DNA from: Eledone cirrhosa
Taxonomy: Eukaryota
Length of the DNA: 64,000 bases
Assembly: GCA_964016885.1 (NCBI GenBank)
Contig: OZ024743.1
Span: 230,640,001 to 230,704,000 of the forward strand
Direction of reading: 5' to 3'
Position numbers and translations under genes: made by a program. This document shows positions 1 through 10,307 of this stretch, in pieces. The notes below the pieces were generated by a model, which saw only the letters and a list, made by a program, of their open reading frames with translations, made no database searches and was not told the DNA's origin. Within the stretch, counting starts at the first letter, position 1, and every line of letters begins with the position of its first letter.

Positions 1-2650
1 ATGCAAAGCACAAAGGCTGCGTTGTCAGAGCTAGGGTGCGTGCTCTCAGACACGAGGGGACAAAAGCCGTTCAATGGGCCCGAGTGGCGGAGGCGCGTCG
101 TGGCAACAAAGCCACGATCCGGTCTTTGGTGGACCACGACGGGCGCATGCTACTCGATCCCGGGCAAATGTGTGAAGCTTTTCAGCGACACTTCGCTCAA
201 CTGTTCGGGGGCAGTGGCGGGCCGGATCGAGGGATGGACTTTAGTGTCTACCTCGACGGACTGCCGCGGCTTTCGGCCACTGAGGCGGGGTGTTGCGAAA
301 AGCCGATAACAACCGCTGAAGTACGGGATGCAATGACTAGTTTCACAAGGGGTAAATCGCCTGGTTTGGATGGTCTGCCCTATGAACTTTACGTACAAAT
401 GCCAAACTTGTTCGGAGGCCTCTTGGCGGACGTCTACTGCAACTGGCAACAGAACGGGAGAATTCCCAGCTCTGTGAACCGAGGAGCGGTGGCGCTGCTG
501 AGAAAGGATCCGAATAAGGGGGATAACATAGATAATTTTAGGCCCATAACTCTGCTAAACACAGAGTTCAAGATTTTGGCCAAGGTGCTAGCAAAGAGGT
601 TGGCGCTTGTCGTTGGTGGTCTGGTGGGAGAGGCACAGACATGCGCCATTCCCGACAGATCCATCCACGACAACCTCCACCTCATGCGATACATCGTAGA
701 GAGGATAGCTAGGGAACCTGGCACGGGTGGGTCTTTGATCAATTTAGATCAGTCGAAAGTCTTCGATAGGGTCGACCATCGTTACCTAACGGCAATCCTG
801 AGGGCGGCTGGCTTTGGGCCCGTCTTCAGAGGCTGGATCGCCTCCATGCACAGCGACATCTGCTCTGTAGTGAGAGTGAACGGTCACCTTTCGGAACCGT
901 TCAACATCATGCGCTCGGTCCGCCAAGGATGTCCCCTCTCGTCCCTATTGTACGTATTGACTCTCGAGCCATTACTGCACAAACTGGAGACGTTGAGGGG
1001 GGTCCCGCGCGAACTAGGATGCGGAAGATCCGTGTCAGCATATGCCGACGATGTCACCGTAGTGGTGTCGAACGCCAAACACATCGAGGCGATCGGCACT
1101 ACACTAAGAGAATACGAAGCGGTGACAGGAGCAATGATCAACCAGGAAAAGTCAGTGGGCCTGCAGCTCGGCACCTGGAGAGGCAGGTCCATGCCGTCCA
1201 ACAGCGTCGTCGGGCGCTGGACGGACGGACCGGTTAAATTGCTAGGGGTCTGTTTCGGTCCAGACCTCCAGACGGACAAAAACTGGGACGAGGTGACGAG
1301 CAGGGTGGCTTCTCTCACCCAGAAATGGACCGAGAGGAAGCTATCCCTGAAAGGTCGAGCGGAGGTGGCGAATGCGTACATCGCATCCGTCATCTACTAC
1401 CGCCTGACCGTCGTACCTTGTCCTAAGCCCCGCCTGACTGCGCTGGAGCGTTTGCTCTTTCGCTTCTTGTGGAAGGGACGCGCTCCGATGGTCAGGCGGT
1501 CCATCTGCTGTCAACACCCGCTACGTGGAGGGCTGGGCATGCCGTGGCTGATGATGCACAGACACGCGCTCAGGCTACGACATCTCCACCTCTTCCTCGA
1601 CGGTGATCAGGTGTGGTCGCCGTTTGCAAGACACGTTTTTCCCCAGCTCGTCTCCTTGACGGAGCTGCAGTCCTGGGTCAAGCGAAGACCGAGAGGGAGC
1701 GCTTGGAGACTGGAATGTCTTCAGGTGCTCACAGCCCTCGACCAATCGGGCAATGTGATCGGTGGAAACTCCACCTTGGCGTTCTATAGGGGATTAGTGG
1801 AGGGGAAGAGCGACGACGTACTTGGAGAAACTCTAGGCGTCGACGAAAATCAACTAGCCAATCTCTTCGGAAGGACTTTCGGGCCGGGGCCTATGGACAA
1901 CTTCCAGAAATCCCTGGCCTGGCAGTGCTACCGAGGAGCCTTGCCAGTTCGGGATAAACTCTACAGGCATGGAGATGCCGTCAGCCGGGCATGTCCGAGA
2001 TGCGCGCAGGGCGACGAAACCGTCCTGCACGCACTCGTCCAGTGTCCGAGCATTGCTGACTTGTGGGTTTATGTCGAACACCTGTTGTCACGTGTAGGAC
2101 GGATCCGGCTATCAGCTGAGTCCATCGTGAGGATTGCCCCGCCCCCTTCCTTTAGCCTGGAAGGGCAGGCAGTTTTTATCTGTCTGGTGGCCATGGCGAA
2201 AGAGATAGTATGGTGGACACGTTTGAAAGGGCTGAAGACGAGCACTTACCTCTTCGGTGATGCCCTGATTAACTTTTTCAAATTTCATTTGAAAAGGAAA
2301 ATCAGGGTAGAGAGGGAAGTGCTCTCTTCCCAGCATTTTGTTGAAAGATGGGTGAGAGAAGCAAGTATGGCCCGAATGAATGGGCCTTCTCTGAGTATGT
2401 GTCTGTAAATTAAAGGTGGAAAACTGGGAGAGGGCACTTGCCCTGGTGGTCAGGGCCACTGTGGTCTTTTAATGGGCTTTCTCCACAAATGTCCCTTGGA
2501 AATCTCCCCCCTATTGGGGAATTTTTCTTTGTTATTTTATTTCAACCTCTGTTTTTTTACACGCAGAAATGCCCATTTGTACCGTCCTGTATTGTCCTGT
2601 ACTGTCCTTAATGTCTACTTTATGTGAACCCTTGTGGTTAATAAAGAAAA

Positions 2651-2651
<1 letters not shown>
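1..2651 (+). mobile_element. Tx1/L1-clade non-LTR retrotransposon, family A (copy A; 5' part outside window)
   Basis: RT ORF 36-2408, then a 3' UTR ending ...AATAAAGAAAAC and running into (ATT)n. Near-identical to the copies at 33085-39092, 48990-54643 and 59748-60460. Confidence 0.93.
36..2408 (+). CDS. Tx1 ORF2 (partial): reverse transcriptase plus C-terminal Cys/His domain
   Basis: Motifs KSPGLDGLP, NFRPITLLN, RQGCPLS, AYADD and CPRC...ETVLHALVQC. The frame is open for 790 aa. Confidence 0.93.
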   Translation: MRALRHEGTKAVQWARVAEARRGNKATIRSLVDHDGRMLLDPGQMCEAFQRHFAQLFGGSGGPDRGMDFSVYLDGLPRLSATEAGCCEKPITTAEVRDAMTSFTRGKSPGLDGLPYELYVQMPNLFGGLLADVYCNWQQNGRIPSSVNRGAVALLRKDPNKGDNIDNFRPITLLNTEFKILAKVLAKRLALVVGGLVGEAQTCAIPDRSIHDNLHLMRYIVERIAREPGTGGSLINLDQSKVFDRVDHRYLTAILRAAGFGPVFRGWIASMHSDICSVVRVNGHLSEPFNIMRSVRQGCPLSSLLYVLTLEPLLHKLETLRGVPRELGCGRSVSAYADDVTVVVSNAKHIEAIGTTLREYEAVTGAMINQEKSVGLQLGTWRGRSMPSNSVVGRWTDGPVKLLGVCFGPDLQTDKNWDEVTSRVASLTQKWTERKLSLKGRAEVANAYIASVIYYRLTVVPCPKPRLTALERLLFRFLWKGRAPMVRRSICCQHPLRGGLGMPWLMMHRHALRLRHLHLFLDGDQVWSPFARHVFPQLVSLTELQSWVKRRPRGSAWRLECLQVLTALDQSGNVIGGNSTLAFYRGLVEGKSDDVLGETLGVDENQLANLFGRTFGPGPMDNFQKSLAWQCYRGALPVRDKLYRHGDAVSRACPRCAQGDETVLHALVQCPSIADLWVYVEHLLSRVGRIRLSAESIVRIAPPPSFSLEGQAVFICLVAMAKEIVWWTRLKGLKTSTYLFGDALINFFKFHLKRKIRVEREVLSSQHFVERWVREASMARMNGPSLSMCL

Positions 2652-2702
<51 letters not shown>
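2652..2702. repeat. (ATT)n microsatellite at Tx1 3' end
   Basis: Direct reading. Confidence 0.95.
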
Positions 2703-5641
2703 ATTGTTACTGTTACTATTATCATTACTTTTTTTTTTTTTTTCTTAATTCAATGATGCTCCAAACAATATAAAAGCGATAATTGGCAATAAGGGCAGGG
2801 GCCCCAGGTTATTACAGCCTGGGCCCGCTCGTCATCGTGCCACTGTAATAGAGCTAAACAAGGCATTTGTCTTGGTTGCTGGAAACGTACGGAGCTGCTT
2901 GACATGGATTCCTTGGAACGTCCTGAACGAAGGACTGCTCTTGTTGCAAAGGAGCTTCGACGTTACGATCTTGACATGGTGGCTTTATCTAAGACGAGCT
3001 TAGCTGGAGATGGTCATCTTACAGAATTTTGTGGAGAATATACATTCTTCTGGAAAGAAAGAGAAGGAACCAGAAGAGAGGCTGGGGTAGCATTTTCTGT
3101 TAAGACTGTTCTTGTGAATAAATTAGAAGAATTCCCAGTAGGGATTAGTGAATGTCTTATGTCCATTAGAATTCCGCTGGACAAAGCAAGATATGCGACC
3201 CTGGTGAGTGTGTATGCTCCAACTATGAATTCTGTCGATGAAGAAAATGTGTCCTTTTACCATGCCATGAACGGTGTTTTAAGAAATGTTCCTCAGGCAG
3301 ACAAAGTCATCGTGCTTGATGACTTTAATGCTAGAGTGGGTAAGGATTTTAAAACATGGAATGTAATCGGAAGGCATGGGGTGGGAAAGTGTAACAATAT
3401 TGGTATGCTCCTGCTGCAGATGTGTGAGGAGGTGGATCTGTGTGTTACCAACACCATGTTCCAAAAAAAAAAAATTTAAGACCACATGGATGCATGCTGC
3501 ATCTAAGGAATGGCAACTTTAGGATGTGCAGTGTGTCCGTGCTCTTCGTTAGCTGAGTGCTGGACGGACCACCGCCTGGTACGCGCAAAAGTGAAACTAA
3601 TCACTAAACGTAAAATCTGGGCTCCTGGTGTTGCCCTGCCCAGATGATTGAATGATGCTCGTCACAAGGATAATAATGTGAAGAGGACATTGCAAGAAGA
3701 GATGCAGGTTGCAGATATTGGTGAAGATGGCCGACCCTTTAAAAGTCGGTTTATGGTGTAAGCAGGCGTGTTCTGGGACTGGTGAAGAGAAAACATCAAG
3801 ACTGGTTTAATGAGAAGGATGAACATATATAAGACTTGTTGGCTGATAAGCGGCGTGCTCTGTCACGCTACTTGACGGCAAAACAAACCACAGGAGGATA
3901 CGTTGCATAAGGAACTCAAGGATGTAAAATCACGTGTTAGGCGGAGTCTTTCTCAGATGAAGGATCAGTAGTGGAGTGAGAAGACTGATGAGATACAAAC
4001 TGCGTCAGATTCCAATAACACAAAGCTGTTGTACAGTCTCTTGCGTGAAGTTTATGGACCATCTTCTTCTCTGGTGACACCGCTTCGCAGCAAGGATGGC
4101 AAAGAACTTATTCGTGACTCACAAGGAATTCTACGAAGGTGGCGAGAGCACTTTGATGATCTTTTGAATCAGCCGTCTGTCGTCTATGAAGATTTCCTCA
4201 ATCTCATTCCAGAAAGTCCTGTGAAAGTAACTCTTGCAGAACCTCCGACGCTTGTGGAGGTTGCAGTGGCTATCTCGAAGCTGAACAGTGGAACGTCTCC
4301 AGGTATGGATGGCATACATGCTGAGCTCCTACAATATGGTGGTGAGAGACTCCTGCAACCTCTTCACTCTTTGTTTGGCAGGATATGGGCTAATGAATCC
4401 GTACCTTCGGACTGGAGAGATGCAGTAATGGTGGTCTTGTACAAGGGAAAGGGTAACAGGAATGATTGTCGGAACTACAGAGGTATATCATTGCTTTCTG
4501 TCGTAGGCAAAATTTTATGTACGGTGCTTCTGGACCGTCTGCTGACACACATTGCAAATTGTGTTCTTCCTGAAAGTCAATCTGGTTTTCGTGCTGGACG
4601 CGACACTACTGATATAATCTTCTCAGCTAGACAGCTCCAGGAGAAGTGCATGGAACAAGGTTTGGATCTGTATCAGGTTTTTGTCGATCTGACAAAAGTT
4701 TTCGATACTGTTAAAAGAAATGCATTATGGAAGGTTCTCCAGAAACTTGGTTGCCCTGATAAGTTCCTTGCTTTAGTTAGGTCTTTCCATGATGACATGA
4801 AGGGTTGGGTTATTGTCGGAGGATATTCCAGCACCGACCCTGTTTGCCATATACTTTGCAATGGTTTTCTATATTGCATTCAGGAATTGCGAGCATGGTG
4901 TTTACATCCGATATCGAACCACAGGCAGCATATTTAACATCAGGCGCTTTGCTGCAAAAACAAAAGTATTTACATCAATCATACGAGACCTCTTGTATGC
5001 ATATGATTGCGATCTTGTAGCGCACACAGAGAGTGATATGCAGCACATTTTGAATGCATTTCCTGATGCTTGCACTGCTTTAGGATTGACTGTCAATCTC
5101 AAGAAAACCGTCCTCATGTACCAACCTGCACCTGTTAAGCAGTACATTCAACCAAATATCTATGTGTATGGTAAACGACTTGGAGTGTTTGATCAGTAGT
5201 TTGTCTACCTGGGAAGCACTGTCAATCGATACAGCAACCTTGATAGTGAAACCCCACTCAGGATTAGGAAAGCAAGTGATGCTTTCGGAAAGCTAGAAAG
5301 GCGACTCTGTGTTCAGCGATACATTTGCAGGAAGGCAAAGTTAAAGGTGTACAAGGCATGTGTGCTCTCTTCTCTTCTTTATGCCTGCCAGACCTGGGTC
5401 ACATATTGACACCACCTTAAGCAATTGGAGCGTTTCCATCAGATGTATCTCAGATATATCCATGGCGTTCACTGGAGGGACCACTCCGTTGCCAGGATAA
5501 AGGATTCTAGAATACCAAAACAACTCTTTTATGGAGAGTTAGTTAAAGGAAAACGACCGCCACATAAACCAAAAAAGAGGTATAATGATTCCTTGAAAGC
5601 CTCTTTGAAAGACGCTAACGTCTCTGCTGATACATGGGAAA

Positions 5642-6154
5642 ATGTTGCTGGTGATCGTAATAAAGGGAGAAAGACTCTATATGATCGTAATAAAGGGAGA
5701 AAGACTGTATATGATCGTAATAAAGGGAGAAAGACTGTATATGAGGGACTGTATATTTGAGGCATCTCGAATCGCATACGAGAAAGAAAAGCGGGATGTG
5801 AGGAAGGGCATTGCTGTTGCACTTCCAGACGGCGAAGGTCCTCCTATGGTGCTGACATGCAACGTCTGTGCGAGACTCTACCTAAGCAAAGCTGGACTCG
5901 AAAGTAATCTTCGCAGTCATAAAGTGAGCCAAGTGGTTGAATACCAGGCTGCTGTTGGAGATGCTACTCTTCATGCTTGCCAAGCATGTGGTAGAGAATG
6001 TAAATCAGCAAGAGGGCTCAAACGATATGCAAAAGTACATGAACTCCAACCACAGCCGGCTATTCCCAGTGAATGTTTTGGTTGCCGACTCTGTGCAAAA
6101 CATTTCAGATCATTGGCTGGGCTAAAAAGCCACATTCGATTGCAGCGCTGTTAA
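5642..6154 (+). pseudogene. RTE C-terminal segment with three C2H2-like zinc fingers
   Basis: [61 protein letters not shown]. Confidence 0.7.
5652..5743 (+). repeat. 3 x 30-bp tandem repeat inside the RTE ORF
   Basis: TGATCGTAATAAAGGGAGAAAGACT(C/G)TATA repeated; encodes DRNKGRKTVY. Confidence 0.9.
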
Positions 6155-6375
6155 TTGCTATCGTGTGTGTGTGTGTGTGTATAGAGATGTTTTTTGTGTG
6201 CGTGTGTGTATATATGTATATTATTATTGTTGTTGTTGTCGTTAATATTATTGTTGTTATTATTATTATTGTCATTAATATGTTTGTTTGTTTTTTCTTG
6301 TTTTTTTATTCTCGTGCAATGGGCATACTCGATAACGATGGGGCAGCCATCATGTATGTATGTAAGAATGTATTT

Positions 6376-6789
<414 letters not shown>

Positions 6790-7539
6790 GGACGTATATA
6801 TAATGTATTTTGCAATACACTTTATGCTTCATTAAAAGCATTTTGAAGACCGTATGCTATTGTTTTAGAGTAGTGACAGATTCACTTACTTTAATCTCTA
6901 TAGCGTCAAAAACCGACGTGAGATGGTTTGAGTGACTGTTTACGTACAGCAGGTTCTCGTTCGGCTTGTGATATGGTCGGTATTAGCTTGTATCTAGTTC
7001 TAAGGGTACGTCTAGAAAGTTTACTGTCCTAGTGTTATTTTCTATTAGCATGGACAAGCCGTGCTGCTTAAAGCAACGTGCTCAAAAATCACGAGCGCTC
7101 TATCTCAAAATTATTTTTGAAAAGCATTAGAAATGCGCAACCGGTAAAAGTTTAAAACTAAAACTGATATACTAACTAATACTTATTACTAATTTATACT
7201 TATTCGTAATTAAATTATTTTTTACCGGGAAAAATTTGTCAGCATTTTCTTTTCCTTTTTGCTAATATATCACAACTCGTGTGTCAGACCTCTAATTTTT
7301 AAATATATATATATATAAGCAAAGGGATATTTAATGTGTTGTCAACAAAAATATTTATAACAGATGACAGTATTTCTGGAATATATTGTCACTGATATTA
7401 ATAAATGGAAAGTATTTTTATAAAACCATATTTATTCTAATATATATATTTATATATATATATATCCAAATAAAACTTGAACCGTTATGTTCTGATTTCT
7501 GACGGATGAAACAGTTCTAGTCCTGCCTGTAGAATCTCT

Positions 7540-7603
<64 letters not shown>

Positions 7604-7605
<2 letters not shown>

Positions 7606-7765
7606 GCTGGAGTATTGTACAGCATGCGAACGCGTACTCGGCCGGAGACAGGAAGTGCAAGTTATGCCTTTTCGTGGCTATGGAGATAGTAAAACTTAAG
7701 GGCGACATAGTAAACCTCAAGTCCGAAATCATCATGGCATGCAGAAACTACACTAACATAAATGC
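7604..7765 (+). mobile_element. Penelope-like element fragment (C-terminal end of GIY-YIG domain), 5'-truncated at (TA)n
   Basis: Manual translation WSIVQHANAYSAGDRKCKLCLFVAMEIVKLKGDIVNLKSEIIMACRN resembles the PLE C-terminal pattern WSI...Y....KxCxLCL.E....LNKRSE....CRH. Confidence 0.65.
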
Positions 7766-8609
7766 ACGCTCTCCACCCTAGTGATACCGGATGGATCTAC
7801 GTAACGCATCACCGGCACCACAACACCAGGCTGGGAGCATGCAGCGGACCACGATAGAACACTGCATAACTATGAATGCATGACAGAACAAGTTGATAGC
7901 AAAGACAGATCCAACGATGCCTACCTCGTAGAACACCTTAATAGCTCCACCACACCAATTTGCGGACGCCGACTCATTATAAGTAGGATTAGGTATATGT
8001 GCGGTTTTAAATTTTCAATTTTTTTAAATTTAAAAACTTTTAAATTGTTGATTTCCCATATTCGATTCGTGGTGTTTAATTTGCTACTTGGATGAGGGAC
8101 ATGATGCTGGTCTTAAGGTTAATGTCGCAGTTAATTGTAATGTTGATGTTAATTTTAATTCTAATTTTAATTTCAAATATTAATTTTGTCCTTGCATGCC
8201 GCTGATATGCACACGCACACAACGCATGCCGTTGTAATGGCACATTACAATAATGCATACACTCCACGTGCATTCCATATATACTGTTATGAAACACATA
8301 CACTTTATATTCCATGTATACATCAAACCTACCACATCTCATATATACTTTTATGAAATGGACGTTACACATAACCACAATATATATAACTTGTTTGTGC
8401 ACGCACGTACCGCCCACACCCATCCACAAGCCACGAGACCTGCATCATGCGCAGGCTACCACCCAGTGCCTTAGATCACCAGCCCCCATGTATTTCATAT
8501 AAACATTTGCACCACAGCCCCCAAGTATTGTATGCAACTTTACGCACACCTTGATAATGACCGGTCCCCATCTGTATCCTTGTCATGTATGCATTCACTT
8601 TTTCCAGCA

Positions 8610-8710
8610 TTTTATTTTATTTTATTTTATTTTATTTTATTTTATTTTATTTTATTTTATTTTATTTTATTTTATTTTATTTTATTTTATTTTATTTTAT
8701 TTTATTTTAT
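8610..8710. repeat. (TTTTA)n pentanucleotide microsatellite
   Basis: Direct reading. Confidence 0.95.
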
Positions 8711-8737
8711 TCAATTTTTTTATTTTATTATTGTATA

Positions 8738-8857
8738 GAGTTCAAATCCCACCAAGGTTGACTTTGCCTTTCATCCTTACGGGGTCGATAAAATAAAGTA
8801 CCAGTAATGCACTGGGTAATTTGCTGGCCTTGTGCCTAAAGTAGAAACAATTATTAT
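8738..8857 (+). mobile_element. tRNA-derived SINE family 1, 5'-truncated
   Basis: GAGTTCAAATCC (B-box)...GGGGTCGATAAAATAAAGTACCAG...GTAGAAACAATTATT; matches the other copies. Confidence 0.85.
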
Positions 8858-9012
8858 ATTATTTTATGTTATGTACGTACAGGCTTTTTTATGTATGTGC
8901 CACCCAAGCTGTATGTGATTAGTGCAGGAATATTGTGCTGCCTTAACATTTAAGCATATTGTGCAGGCACGGTCGGACTCATATATATATATACTATATA
9001 TATATATATAGT

Positions 9013-9303
9013 ATATACAATATATTAATAAATGGAAACTATATTTATAAAACCATATTTATTTTATTATATATATTATAAAGGCAACCGAGGCAAAATA
9101 TGGTACGCTTTCATCAGATAAAATACAGATTTGTTTCATAAATAAATATTGATATACCCGGAAAAAATATTTATTTATTAAAAAAATCTGTATTTTATCT
9201 GATGAAAGCGCACCATAATTTACCTTGGTTGCCCTTGAAATATATATAATAAAATAAATATGGTGTTATAAATATAGTTTCCTTTTATTAATATATTGTG
9301 TAT
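9013..9303. repeat. ~140-bp-arm inverted repeat (fold-back; inverted PLE pLTR-like)
   Basis: 9013-9150 is the imperfect reverse complement of 9166-9303. Confidence 0.88.
9191..9256 (+). ncRNA. Type I hammerhead ribozyme motif
   Basis: Stem I UAUUUUAU/AUAAAAUA, core CUGAUGA, imperfect stem II AAGCGCACCA...UGGUUGCCCUU, GAAA, short stem III with palindromic AUAU loop, AUA cleavage triplet. Confidence 0.7.
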
Positions 9304-10307
9304 TTACTCCACTAATTGTTGATTGCTTTATATCAGTTATAAACATTTTAAAGCTTGTTGAATCCCAACAAATTAAATATAACCTCTGCATATATATATA
9401 TATATATATATGTGTGTAACAAAATAAAGCAGAAATATCTAAGCAAAAACTCCTAAAAATGTGTACCTTTCTTGTCTGTCATGGGGAGGGGTCAATAATC
9501 TGGGATGTCGTGTACTTCAATTCCTCCATAGCAGAGGAGGTGGCAGTCCTGAAGAACAAAGGGGAGGGAGTAAGAAAGCAGTCTGATCTGTGGATGCCAA
9601 GCTACTCAGGCGTACACTCACAGCATTAAGAGAGAAATCAATACAACTATCTCTCATTTATAGAAACGGTAAACTACAATTTAAAGAGCTAAGAATATGT
9701 TTTCAGTATTGAGTACGCTGGTGCATTATGGTCCACCTAGTATCTTACCACACCCTCCCTGTTATATATATATATACACACAAATGTATACATACAGATA
9801 TTCACACGTATGGTTATGAATGTGAATATAAATACATATATGCATACAATTACACGCCCACACACACACAGAGACACACGCGCACACACACACTCACACT
9901 CACACACACATATATATATATATATTTGTGTGCGTGTGTGTGTAACTGAACCGTAAATTGTTTTACCTTCAATGTAAACAAGCCTACATAAATCCAGTAC
10001 AATTCCAGAAATTTAGCAAACACTATCCATAAACTTACATTCCTCTCCACTAACCGGGACCATACAGCACAATCAAAAATCAAAAAATAAAACGCGTCTT
10101 TCAAAACTATCCCTCTAATCATCTGGCAAAATGTATTGATGGTACTTACGTGATGGAAGTTATCTGACGGTAATATAATGTGCAGTGACTATTAACATAT
10201 TGTGTAACTGGCACTGCACCCACACAACTCATAACGAGCAGAATATTTTACCGATCACAAACTCCAATGAACATGATTCGATATATATATATATATATAT
10301 ATATATA

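Larger units (their letters stand above)
2860..6352 (+). mobile_element. RTE-clade (BovB-like) LINE, degenerate
   Basis: APE endonuclease at 2904-3479 (RRTALVAKELRRYDLD, SVYAPT, DFNARVG). RT fragments at 4029-5523 (SPGMDGI, NYRGISLL, PESQSGFR, DLLYAYD). C-terminal C2H2-like motifs and an RTE-like tail CTCGATAACGATGGGGCAGCCATCAT. Multiple stops and frameshifts. Confidence 0.88.

Noticed and set aside
884-1393. Antisense and alternate-frame ORFs recurring in each LINE copy
   Set aside because: Shadow ORFs of GC-rich RT coding sequence; they recur only because the elements are near-identical.
36-2408. Prokaryotic RT system (retron, DGR or group II intron)
   Set aside because: The RTs are fused to APE, RLE or GIY-YIG domains typical of eukaryotic non-LTR and Penelope elements.
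5642-6154. Host C2H2 zinc-finger gene
   Set aside because: Contiguous with the RTE RT and upstream of the RTE 3' tail; lacks TGEKP linkers.
6925-6960. Hammerhead on the minus strand (CUGCUGU...UAAAC)
   Set aside because: Several core positions are wrong and there is no stem II.
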